64,000 nucleotides of DNA from Escherichia coli (GTDB lineage: Bacteria; Pseudomonadota; Gammaproteobacteria; Enterobacterales; Enterobacteriaceae): assembly GCF_046105845.1 (NCBI RefSeq), contig NZ_CP151004.1; one strand, written 5' to 3'. Made by a program: the position numbers and the translations under genes. The notes below the pieces were generated by a model. That model saw nothing but the letters and a program-made list of their open reading frames with translations, ran no database searches and was not told where the DNA came from. Each line of letters starts with the position of its first letter. Position 1 is the first letter of the stretch. Shown here piece after piece: positions 49,138 to 64,000 of the stretch.

Positions 49138-49320
49138 GATTTACTCCTCAGTTATCGTCAATGTTAAGCGACGAGGCTGACGTAATATCCTGTTCCACCA
49201 CCACTTTTTCAGCCATAAACTCAGAAATGGCCTACGAAATTTGTCCTCTGGTCGCATAGGCCATTTCATGGGCCATTTTGCACCGGATACAGGAGTATCC
49301 AGCAGGACAAATTCAGACGA

Positions 49321-49353
49321 AAAAAAACCGTATCACCTTGATAGCGATACGGT
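49321..49353 (-). terminator. Rho-independent terminator downstream of aspV
   Basis: On the minus strand accgtatc...gatacggt hairpin followed by ttttttt. Confidence 0.55.
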
Positions 49354-49398
49354 TTTCTTACTTCACAGGATGTATAAAAACACCCTGAAATTTGTAAG

Positions 49399-49475
49399 TG
49401 GCGGAACGGACGGGACTCGAACCCGCGACCCCCTGCGTGACAGGCAGGTATTCTAACCGACTGAACTACCGCTCC
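49399..49475 (-). tRNA. aspV: tRNA-Asp (GUC)
   Basis: Reverse complement reads GGAGCGGTAGTTCAGTCGGTTAGAATACCTGCCTGTCACGCAGGGGGTCGCGGGTTCGAGTCCCGTCCGTTCCGCCA. Confidence 0.97.
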
Positions 49476-49607
49476 GCGTTGTGTTCCGTTGGGAACGAGG
49501 CGAATATTACGGATTGCCTCGTCCTTCGTCAACGATTTTTCTCATCTTTTGAATCGTTTGCTGCAAAAATCGCCCAAGTCGCTATTTTTAGCGCCTTTTA
49601 CATGTAT

Positions 49608-50339
49608 TTATGCCCGCCAGAGGCAGCTTCCGCCCTTCTTCTGCACCAGATCAAGACGGGCTTCATGAGCTGCAAGCTCTTCATCTGTCGCAAAAACAAC
49701 GCGTAACTTACTTGCCTGACGTACAATGCGCTGAATTGTTGCTTCACCTTGTTGCTGCTGTGTCTCTCCTTCCATCGCAAAAGCCATCGACGTTTGACCA
49801 CCGGTCATCGCCAGATAAACTTCCGCAAGGATCTGGGCATCGAGTAATGCCCCGTGCAGCGTTCGTTTACTGTTATCTATTTCGTAGCGGGCACATAACG
49901 CATCGAGGCTGTTGCGTTTACCGGGAAACATTTTCCTCGCCACCGCAAGGCTATCGGTGACCTTACAGAAGGTATTGGTCTTCGGAATATCGCGCTTAAG
50001 CAACGAAAACTCGTAGTCCATAAAGCCGATATCGAACGCTGCGTTATGGATCACCAGCTCCGCGCCGCGGATATAGTCCATGAACTCATCGGCTACCTCT
50101 GCAAACGTGGGCTTATCGAGCAAAAATTCATCGGCAATACCATGTACGCCAAAGGCTTCCGGATCCACCAGCCGATCGGGTTTGAGATAAACATGGAAGT
50201 TATTGCCCGTCAGGCGACGGTTCACCACTTCAACGGCACCAATCTCAATGATCTTGTGGCCTTCATAGTGCGCACCAATCTGGTTCATACCGGTGGTTTC
50301 GGTATCGAGAACGATCTGGCGTGTAATTGCAGTGCTCAT
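49608..50339 (-). CDS. dnaQ: DNA polymerase III epsilon subunit (3'-5' proofreading exonuclease)
   Basis: 243 aa from [22 protein letters not shown]..., the DnaQ sequence. Confidence 0.95.
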
Positions 50340-50403
50340 AGCGGTCATTTATGTCAGACTTGTCGTTTTACAGTTCGATTCAATTACAGGAAGTCTACCA
50401 GAG

Positions 50404-50871
50404 ATGCTTAAACAGGTAGAAATTTTCACCGATGGTTCGTGTCTGGGTAATCCTGGACCTGGGGGTTACGGTGCTATTTTACGCTATCGTGGACGCGAAA
50501 AAACTTTTAGCGCTGGCTACACCCGCACCACCAACAACCGTATGGAGTTGATGGCCGCTATTGTCGCGCTGGAAGCGTTAAAAGAACACTGTGAAGTCAT
50601 TCTGAGTACCGACAGCCAGTATGTCCGCCAGGGGATCACCCAGTGGATCCATAACTGGAAAAAACGTGGCTGGAAAACAGCAGACAAAAAACCAGTAAAA
50701 AATGTCGATCTCTGGCAACGTCTTGATGCTGCGTTGGGGCAGCATCAAATCAAATGGGAATGGGTTAAAGGCCATGCCGGTCATCCAGAAAACGAACGTT
50801 GCGATGAGCTGGCTCGTGCCGCAGCGATGAATCCCACACTGGAAGATACGGGCTATCAAGTCGAAGTTTAA
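50404..50871 (+). CDS. rnhA: Ribonuclease HI
   Basis: 155 aa [28 protein letters not shown]...; divergent from dnaQ. Confidence 0.95.
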
Positions 50872-51590
50872 GCCTGTGGTTTACGACATTGCCGGGTGGC
50901 TCCAACCGCCTGGCGAATTCGTGGCTTGTTTTTACTCTGTTTCATCGGATTTAGCGTTAAAGGAATAGTCCGTTTCCGGGCGACAATAAGTTGTAAGCAA
51001 CCAAGCGCAGGAATATGCGCATTCAATAGTTTTCCACCGTGTTTGTTCCACGGGAGAACGTGGAAACGGCTGGCGTGTAGCACTTCAAAATTCAACAAAG
51101 AGAGCCAGTCCAGCTGCCGCATCAGAGTAAACATCCGGCTGTTATAAGGCGAGGTTTTTCGCAATACCGGCACAAGTTTGCGTAATCCCATTAAACTGAT
51201 GGGATTGAAGCCACTAATCACCAGCCAGCCATCATCAATCAATACCCGATCGGCTTCACGCAATAAACGATGCGGATCGGTGCACCACGGCAATGTATGT
51301 GCCAGTAGACAAACATCAACGGATTTATCGGCAAAAGGAAGATGAAGTGGGTCCGCCTGCACCTGGACGGGCAGTCCTTGCGCAGAAACATTCACTTGAT
51401 GAGAAACCGCGCACGCTTCGCAATTGATTTCTGCGCTTAAATTGCCAATCTTAAGCAGATGAAAACCATACATTTTAGTGAACCACGGGTTGAGCTGGCG
51501 CTCCAGCGCCTTGCGATAAAGCTCTCCCCAGGGCAAATCGCCCCAGCAATCAGGAGCCACGACAGTTTGAGGGACTCTTGCCGGTTTCAT
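50868..51590 (-). CDS. yafS: SAM-dependent methyltransferase YafS
   Basis: About 240 aa from [25 protein letters not shown] track starts 6 codons earlier. Confidence 0.85.
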
Positions 51591-51620
51591 CACAACCTTC
51601 CGTTTCACACTGAGAGGTAA

Positions 51621-52379
<759 letters not shown>

Positions 52380-52450
52380 TAAAACTTTCTTGTCATCGGC
52401 TCCGTTCGCCGTTATGATCGGTCGTCTTTTAAGCAACTATTGACACACAC

Positions 52451-53809
52451 ATGAAGGCAAAAGCGATATTACTCGCCTCTGTCCTGCTCGTGGGTTGCCA
52501 GAGTACCGGCAACGTTCAACAGCACGCACAGAGCCTTTCTGCAGCTGGTCAAGGGGAAGCAGCAAAGTTTACAAGTCAGGCACGATGGATGGACGATGGG
52601 ACGTCTATCGCGCCAGATGGTGACTTGTGGGCTTTCATTGGCGACGAGCTAAAGATGGGAATTCCGGAAAATGACCGGATTCGCGAACAGAAACAGAAAT
52701 ATTTACGCAATAAGAGCTATCTCCACGATGTAACTTTACGGGCAGAGCCGTATATGTACTGGATAGCCGGGCAAGTTAAAAAACGTAACATGCCTATGGA
52801 ACTGGTACTACTACCCATAGTGGAGAGCGCTTTTGATCCTCACGCAACGTCTGGCGCCAATGCAGCAGGCATCTGGCAGATCATTCCGAGCACGGGGCGC
52901 AATTATGGTTTGAAACAGACCCGCAATTATGACGCGCGTCGCGATGTTGTTGCTTCAACAACTGCCGCGCTGAACATGATGCAGCGTCTGAACAAGATGT
53001 TTGACGGCGACTGGCTTCTGACCGTAGCGGCTTATAACAGCGGCGAAGGTCGAGTCATGAAGGCAATTAAAACGAACAAAGCGCGTGGGAAATCCACGGA
53101 CTTCTGGTCGTTACCGTTGCCGCAGGAAACGAAGCAGTACGTGCCTAAAATGCTGGCATTGAGTGATATTCTCAAAAACAGCAAGCGTTATGGCGTACGT
53201 CTGCCAACGACCGATGAAAGCCGTGCTCTGGCGCGTGTGCACCTGAGCAGCCCAGTTGAAATGGCGAAGGTTGCAGATATGGCGGGGATTTCCGTCAGCA
53301 AGCTGAAGACATTCAACGCTGGCGTGAAAGGCTCCACGCTGGGCGCAAGTGGTCCGCAGTACGTGATGGTGCCAAAGAAGCATGCAGATCAACTGCGTGA
53401 ATCTCTGGCTTCGGGCGAAATTGCTGCTGTACAGTCGACGCTGGTTGCCGACAATACGCCGCTTAACAGCCGTGTTTACACCGTACGCTCTGGCGACACG
53501 CTTTCAAGTATCGCTTCACGTCTCGGCGTTAGCACCAAAGATTTGCAGCAGTGGAACAAACTGCGCGGATCTAAGCTGAAGCCAGGCCAAAGCTTGACGA
53601 TTGGCGCAGGTAGTAGCGCACAGCGGTTGGCAAACAACAGCGATAGCATTACGTATCGTGTGCGCAAAGGCGATTCGCTTTCAAGCATTGCTAAACGCCA
53701 CGGCGTGAACATCAAAGATGTGATGCGCTGGAACAGCGATACTGCGAATCTGCAACCAGGCGATAAGCTGACGTTGTTTGTGAAAAACAACAACATGCCA
53801 GATTCCTGA
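52451..53809 (+). CDS. mltD: Membrane-bound lytic murein transglycosylase D
   Basis: 452 aa; lipoprotein signal (LLVGCQS), transglycosylase domain and C-terminal LysM repeats. Confidence 0.92.
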   Translation: MKAKAILLASVLLVGCQSTGNVQQHAQSLSAAGQGEAAKFTSQARWMDDGTSIAPDGDLWAFIGDELKMGIPENDRIREQKQKYLRNKSYLHDVTLRAEPYMYWIAGQVKKRNMPMELVLLPIVESAFDPHATSGANAAGIWQIIPSTGRNYGLKQTRNYDARRDVVASTTAALNMMQRLNKMFDGDWLLTVAAYNSGEGRVMKAIKTNKARGKSTDFWSLPLPQETKQYVPKMLALSDILKNSKRYGVRLPTTDESRALARVHLSSPVEMAKVADMAGISVSKLKTFNAGVKGSTLGASGPQYVMVPKKHADQLRESLASGEIAAVQSTLVADNTPLNSRVYTVRSGDTLSSIASRLGVSTKDLQQWNKLRGSKLKPGQSLTIGAGSSAQRLANNSDSITYRVRKGDSLSSIAKRHGVNIKDVMRWNSDTANLQPGDKLTLFVKNNNMPDS

Positions 53810-53823
53810 CAAACCAGATAATG

Positions 53824-53856
53824 AAAGGCACCGATTCCCCCGGTGCCTTTTTTATT
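53824..53856 (+). terminator. Rho-independent terminator after mltD
   Basis: aaaggcaccg-attcccc-cggtgccttt hairpin followed by tttattt. Confidence 0.6.
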
Positions 53857-54626
53857 TATGCTGCTTTATGTGCTTCTACCATGATGATATCACTGGTGAA
53901 AGAGCCATCATTCTGCAAGGCAAAATACGTTTTCACCTCTGTCGATGCGCTCTGTTGGTAAATGCGAATAGCGTCTACTAACGCTTCTGGCGTACGCATT
54001 CTCGCGACCCATGAAGAAAATTCCAGCGGTAACTTATCTGTAATTAAATTATCAACTATCAGATTGGCCTCATTGATTAACGTCAACCACTCACCGCTGG
54101 CGTAGTTTCGTACGTGAGAGGTATCGCGTAATGCTTCTACCGTCTGTAACCAGACGTCGCGCACTGGGTGACCCGGAGACATTACGTCCATCACAATCAG
54201 CCTACCGCCAGGTTTCAATATCCTATTCACTTCTCGCAGTGCTGCACCAACATCATGCCAGTGATGGGCAGAATAACGGCTGATAACAATATCAAATGCG
54301 TTATCGGCAAATGGCAGACTTTCGGCATAACCCTGGCGGGTGGTGATATTTTTCAGTTGCCGGGCTTCGGCAGCTTGTGCCACGACATCCAGCATTTGGG
54401 CAGATAAGTCATACGCCACCACCGCGCTCACGTTCTGCGCAGCGACAAAGCTGGCATGCCCTGCTCCGCAGCCCATATCAAGTACACTTGCATCAGGATA
54501 ATCAGCCAGACGCACCGCCAGGCGCTGTAAATCTCGCCCGGATGCATGTACGGTACTGGTTAAATACTCACTGGCCTGCGAGCTAAACTGCTTTTCTACG
54601 TGGTCATGGTGGGATTGTGTTGTCAT
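53856..54626 (-). CDS. yafE: SAM-dependent methyltransferase YafE
   Basis: 256 aa ORF with methyltransferase motif LDMGCGAGH. Confidence 0.8.
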   Translation of the reverse strand: MTTQSHHDHVEKQFSSQASEYLTSTVHASGRDLQRLAVRLADYPDASVLDMGCGAGHASFVAAQNVSAVVAYDLSAQMLDVVAQAAEARQLKNITTRQGYAESLPFADNAFDIVISRYSAHHWHDVGAALREVNRILKPGGRLIVMDVMSPGHPVRDVWLQTVEALRDTSHVRNYASGEWLTLINEANLIVDNLITDKLPLEFSSWVARMRTPEALVDAIRIYQQSASTEVKTYFALQNDGSFTSDIIMVEAHKAA

Positions 54627-54702
54627 TGCGCTGTCCTTTTATTGTTTGATTAAAAAGGGCAGCGCCAAACGTTGGTCTGCCCTGTGGCAGACCTGACATA
54701 CC

Positions 54703-55554
<852 letters not shown>

Positions 55555-55743
55555 CTACTGTTATAGGGATTTTAGCTCACTCTTTCAACGAGCAATTGTA
55601 TATTGTTATGTAAGCAAGTGCTTACACCGGTCAGAAATTTGCTCATTATTGAGAACATTAAATCGGATGACATATCACGCATCCTGATGGTTTAATGACA
55701 AATAAATTCAAAATATCTCATCTATTTTGCAACAGGAGCAAAA

Positions 55744-56658
55744 ATGAAAGCCACGTCGGAAGAACTCGCCATTTTTGTTTCGGTCGTCGAAAGCGGCAGC
55801 TTTAGCCGGGCAGCGGAACAATTAGGGCAAGCAAACTCAGCGGTAAGCCGGGCGGTGAAGAAGCTGGAGATGAAACTTGGCGTTAGCCTGCTTAATCGGA
55901 CCACGCGGCAACTTAGCCTGACGGAAGAAGGCGAGCGTTATTTTCGTCGCGTACAGTCAATTTTGCAGGAGATGGCAGCGGCAGAATCAGAAATTATGGA
56001 GACGCGTAATACACCGCGTGGACTGTTGCGCATCGATGCCGCAACTCCAGTAGTGCTGCACTTTCTGATGCCGTTGATTAAGCCTTTCCGTGAACGCTAT
56101 CCGGAAGTCACTTTATCACTAGTCTCCTCCGAAACGATTATTAATTTGATCGAAAGAAAAGTGGATGTCGCGATACGCGCCGGTACGTTAACGGATTCCA
56201 GCTTACGTGCCAGGCCGTTATTTAACAGTTATCGAAAAATTATAGCCTCCCCCGATTATATTTCCCGCTATGGGAAGCCAGAAACGATCGACGATTTAAA
56301 GCAACATGTTTGCCTGGGATTCACTGAACCCGCTTCCCTCAATACCTGGCCGATAGCCTGTAGCGATGGACAATTACATGAGGTGAAGTACGGTTTGTCA
56401 TCCAATAGTGGGGAAACACTGAAACAGCTTTGCCTGAGTGGCAACGGGATTGCGTGTTTGTCCGACTACATGATCGACAGAGAAATCGCTCGCGGAGAAT
56501 TGGTGGAGCTAATGGCAGATAAAGTGTTGCCAGTGGAAATGCCATTCAGTGCAGTCTATTACAGCGACCGTGCGGTAAGTACGCGCATCCGGGCTTTTAT
56601 CGATTTCCTTAGCGAGCATGTAAAAACAGCTCCCGGAGGAGCTGTCAGAGAGGCTTAA
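55744..56658 (+). CDS. yafC: LysR-family transcriptional regulator YafC
   Basis: 304 aa; N-terminal LysR helix-turn-helix ([36 protein letters not shown]). Confidence 0.85.
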   Translation: MKATSEELAIFVSVVESGSFSRAAEQLGQANSAVSRAVKKLEMKLGVSLLNRTTRQLSLTEEGERYFRRVQSILQEMAAAESEIMETRNTPRGLLRIDAATPVVLHFLMPLIKPFRERYPEVTLSLVSSETIINLIERKVDVAIRAGTLTDSSLRARPLFNSYRKIIASPDYISRYGKPETIDDLKQHVCLGFTEPASLNTWPIACSDGQLHEVKYGLSSNSGETLKQLCLSGNGIACLSDYMIDREIARGELVELMADKVLPVEMPFSAVYYSDRAVSTRIRAFIDFLSEHVKTAPGGAVREA

Positions 56659-57458
56659 TCCCATTCAGGAGCCAGACCTTCCGGGCTAACCAGGCGGTCG
56701 TTGCAATCCAGTGCGGCGATCGCTTTTTTATCTTCGGCATCAAGCTGTAAATTTTGTGCCTTAAGATTACTTTCCAGGTTTTTACGTTTAGTAGAAGAAG
56801 GAATTACTGAGTAACCTTCCCCCATAGCCCACGCCAGAATCACTTGTGCCGGAGTCGCATTGTGTTTAGCTGCGATACGAGCAATAACCTCATCTTTCAG
56901 GGCCTTACCATACGCCAGCGTCATATAGGAAGTAATATGGATGCCGTGCTGTTTAGCCCAGGCAACCACTTTACGGTTTTGCAGATAAGGAGAGAGTTCA
57001 ATCTGGTTAGTAGCGATGTTTTCAGCACCAACAGCAGCAATCGCTTTTTCCATCAATGGGATCGTGAAGTTGGAAATACCGATCTCACGCGTCAGCCCTT
57101 GTTTTTTGGCTTCCAGCAGCGCCTGCATAAACTCTTCAACAGAGACTTCATCGTTTGGTGACGGCCAGTGGATTAGCGTCAGATCAACATAATCAGTACG
57201 CAATTTTTGCAGGCTCTCTTGCAGACTCGGGATCAATTTGTCTTTGCTGAGATTTTCAATCCAGATTTTAGTGGTGATGTAGAGTTCATGACGTGGCACG
57301 CCACTTTCTGCAATCGCCTGACCTACGGCAGCTTCGTTATCATAGATTTGTGCGGTATCAATTGCGCGATAACCAAGTTCAAGCGCCGTTTTCACAGATG
57401 AAATAACAACGTCGTCTTTGAGACGGAAAGTACCTAAACCAAATGCAGGGATAGCCAT
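56655..57458 (-). CDS. dkgB: 2,5-diketo-D-gluconate reductase B (aldo-keto reductase)
   Basis: 267 aa; aldo-keto reductase motifs; 4-bp overlap with the yafC stop. Confidence 0.92.
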   Translation of the reverse strand: MAIPAFGLGTFRLKDDVVISSVKTALELGYRAIDTAQIYDNEAAVGQAIAESGVPRHELYITTKIWIENLSKDKLIPSLQESLQKLRTDYVDLTLIHWPSPNDEVSVEEFMQALLEAKKQGLTREIGISNFTIPLMEKAIAAVGAENIATNQIELSPYLQNRKVVAWAKQHGIHITSYMTLAYGKALKDEVIARIAAKHNATPAQVILAWAMGEGYSVIPSSTKRKNLESNLKAQNLQLDAEDKKAIAALDCNDRLVSPEGLAPEWD

Positions 57459-57580
57459 AATATGCCTCTTTTAATGCTATTTTCGTTAACTGAGGTGATT
57501 ATGGGCTTCAGACTGTTGCGGAAAAAGAGCGTAAAATGCAGAGGATTTTTGCGATTCTGGCAATAATAGATATACAGACG

Positions 57581-57608
57581 AAAAAAAACCTCGAGCGTTA
57601 ACTCGAGG
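57581..57608 (-). terminator. Rho-independent terminator at the end of the rrnH operon (after aspU)
   Basis: On the minus strand cctcgag-ttaacg-ctcgagg hairpin followed by tttttttt. Confidence 0.65.
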
Positions 57609-57620
57609 CTTCTTAATAAG

Positions 57621-57697
57621 TGGCGGAACGGACGGGACTCGAACCCGCGACCCCCTGCGTGACAGGCAGGTATTCTAACCGACTGAACTACCGCTCC
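57621..57697 (-). tRNA. aspU: tRNA-Asp (GUC), distal gene of rrnH
   Basis: Identical 77-nt sequence to aspV. Confidence 0.97.
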
Positions 57698-57888
57698 ACC
57701 GAATTCTTTTACAACCACCGGTTTTATGACCGGCTTACTGCTTAATTTGATGCCTGGCAGTTTATGAATCACTTCGTGATTCACCCTTCGGGCCGTCGCT
57801 TCGCAACGTTCAAAAGCTTTCGCTTTTGTCCTACTCTCTTATCGAGTAGTGAACTGCCTCAAAGGTCAGTGCCATTCTTCGTAATTTG

Positions 57889-58008
57889 ATGCCTGGCAGT
57901 TCCCTACTCTCGCATGGGGATACCCCACACTACCATCGGCGCTACGGCGTTTCACTTCTGAGTTCGGCATGGGGTCAGGTGGGACCACCGCGCTACGGCC
58001 GCCAGGCA
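57889..58008 (-). rRNA. rrfH: 5S ribosomal RNA
   Basis: 120 nt; reverse complement matches E. coli 5S (TGCCTGGCGGCCGTAGCGCGGTGGTCCCACCTGACCCCATGCCGAACTCAG...). Confidence 0.97.
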
Positions 58009-58101
58009 AATTCTGTTTCATCAGACCGCTTCTGCGTTCTGAGTTAATCTGTATCAGGCTGAAAATCTTCTCTCAATCCGCCAAAACATCTTCGGCGTTG
58101 T

Positions 58102-61006
<2,905 letters not shown>

Positions 61007-61190
61007 TCACAACCCGAAGATGTTTCTTTCGACTCATCATCGTGTTGCGAAAATTTGAGAGACTCACGAACAACTTTCGTTGTTCAGTGTTTCAATTTTC
61101 AGCTTGATCCAGATTTTTAAAGAGCAAAACTTCGCAGTGAACCTTTGCAGGTACACTCTGAAGTATTTTTTATTTAATCACTACAGATGA

Positions 61191-61266
61191 TGGTGGAGCT
61201 ATGCGGGATCGAACCGCAGACCTCCTGCGTGCAAAGCAGGCGCTCTCCCAGCTGAGCTATAGCCCC
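61191..61266 (-). tRNA. alaV: tRNA-Ala (UGC), 16S-23S spacer
   Basis: Reverse complement reads GGGGCTATAGCTCAGCTGGGAGAGCGCCTGCTTTGCACGCAGGAGGTCTGCGGTTCGATCCCGCATAGCTCCACCA. Confidence 0.97.
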
Positions 61267-61308
61267 ATAACATGTAGTTAAAACCTCTTCAAATTTGCCG
61301 TGCAAATT

Positions 61309-61385
<77 letters not shown>

Positions 61386-61453
61386 GTAGAGGTTTTACTG
61401 CTCATTTTCATCAGACAATCTGTGTGAGCACTGCAAAGTACGCTTCTTTAAGG

Positions 61454-62995
<1,542 letters not shown>

Positions 62996-63179
62996 AAAAG
63001 TTTGATGCTCAAAGAATTAAACTTCGTAATGAATTACGTGTTCACTCTTGAGACTTGGTATTCATTTTTCGTCTTGCGACGTTAAGAATCCGTATCTTCG
63101 AGTGCCCACACAGATTGTCTGATAAATTGTTAAAGAGCAGTTGCGACGCGGCTTTCAGCTCACTGTCGCGAGGTGGCGT

Positions 63180-63207
63180 ATACTACGCTTTCCTCTTTCA
63201 GAGTCAA
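63180..63207 (-). promoter_or_regulatory. rrnH P2 promoter
   Basis: Minus strand TTGACT-16 bp-TAGTAT followed by a GC-rich discriminator, matching the rrn P2 pattern. Confidence 0.6.
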
Positions 63208-63290
63208 CCCTGAATTTCAGGATTTTTTCTCTTCAACCGAACCGGCTGTTTGTGTGAAGTGATTCACATCCGCCGTGTCGATGGAGGCGC

Positions 63291-63345
63291 ATTATAGGGA
63301 GTCGGCTCAGGAAGACAAGCGGAAAAATGCATTTTTATTTCAACC
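63291..63345 (-). promoter_or_regulatory. rrnH P1 promoter with A/T-rich UP element
   Basis: Minus strand cTTGTC (-35), TATAAT (-10, from plus-strand attata at 63291-63296) and GCGC discriminator; A/T-rich UP-like stretch at about 63325-63345. Confidence 0.7.
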
Positions 63346-63361
63346 GCTCATCTTTTAATCA

Positions 63362-63934
63362 TCACGCCGGTTTTTGCTGCTTTTTTATCGCTTGCGGCAG
63401 GTCTGCCAGGCTATTTAACACCCAATCCGCCGCGTTTTCTGCTTCAGGCGTAACAGGTTTACCCGTACGCACCAGCACTTTTGTTCCCACGTTCGCCGCA
63501 GCTGCTGCCTGCATATCTTCTAATTTATCGCCCACCATATAAGAAGCGGCCATATCAATATGCAAATAATCGCGTGCTGACAAAAGCATCCCCGTATGTG
63601 GTTTGCGGCAGTCGCAGACCTGGCGAAACTCTTCAACACTACCCTGCGGATGATGCGGGCAATAATAGATACCATCCAGATCGACATCGCGGTCCGCCAG
63701 CGACCAGTCCATCCACTCGGTCAGCGTTTCAAACTGTGCTTCAGTAAATTTACCGCGAGCAATGCCAGACTGGTTGGTTACTACCACCAGCGCAAAGCCC
63801 ATTTTTTTTAGCTCGCGCATGGCGTCAATAACACCGTCGATAAATTCAAAGTTGTCGATCTCATGGACATAGCCGTGATCGACATTAATGGTGCCATCAC
63901 GATCAAGAAAAATTGCGGGTACGCTCTTCGCCAC
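63362..63934 (-). CDS. gmhB: D-glycero-D-manno-heptose 1,7-bisphosphate phosphatase
   Basis: 190 aa [24 protein letters not shown]...; HAD-family DxDGT motif; upstream of rrnH. Confidence 0.92.
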   Translation of the reverse strand: MAKSVPAIFLDRDGTINVDHGYVHEIDNFEFIDGVIDAMRELKKMGFALVVVTNQSGIARGKFTEAQFETLTEWMDWSLADRDVDLDGIYYCPHHPQGSVEEFRQVCDCRKPHTGMLLSARDYLHIDMAASYMVGDKLEDMQAAAAANVGTKVLVRTGKPVTPEAENAADWVLNSLADLPQAIKKQQKPA

Positions 63935-64000
63935 CTTTTATAGCTCCTTAATAAGGCATGTGACGCTAGTATCGCATGTTTCGACCAGCAAGAAAGTGCT

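Larger units (their letters stand above)
13107..49398. mobile_element. About 36 kb genomic island at the 3' end of tRNA-Asp aspV carrying a complete T6SS (Sci-1-like) and a degenerate P4-type integration module
   Basis: Bounded by housekeeping genes yafV and aspV/dnaQ; frameshifted tyrosine integrase, AlpA and ParB-like genes next to the tRNA; AT-rich cargo interspersed among GC-rich T6SS core genes; no attR direct repeat found by eye. Confidence 0.7.

Noticed and set aside
57742-57761. Second copy of taatttgatgcctggcagtt about 140 bp downstream of the 5S gene, resembling a 5S 3'-end fragment
   Set aside because: Only about 20 bp match; too short to be a second 5S gene and more likely a conserved rrn distal-spacer or processing motif.

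Overview
This window is an Escherichia coli-type chromosomal segment, in reverse orientation relative to the K-12 map as I recall it. It runs from a partial rtcB-like gene through the dinB-yafNOP SOS operon, Flag-2 remnants (lafU/lfhA), yafL, yafK, yafJ, gmhA, fadE, ivy and yafV, then a roughly 36 kb horizontally acquired island (13.1-49.4 kb) carrying a complete type VI secretion system (T6SS) and inserted at tRNA-Asp (aspV). After the island come dnaQ, rnhA, yafS, gloB, mltD, yafE, yafD, yafC and dkgB, the complete rrnH ribosomal operon (16S-tRNAIle-tRNAAla-23S-5S-tRNAAsp, minus strand) and gmhB. The most interesting content is the T6SS cargo: three AT-rich candidate effector/immunity modules (two behind duplicated VgrG spikes, one PAAR-fused) that I cannot assign to a named toxin family. 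All calls come from reading the sequence and the supplied ORF translations against remembered protein families; no database search was run, so gene names and K-12 comparisons are from memory.
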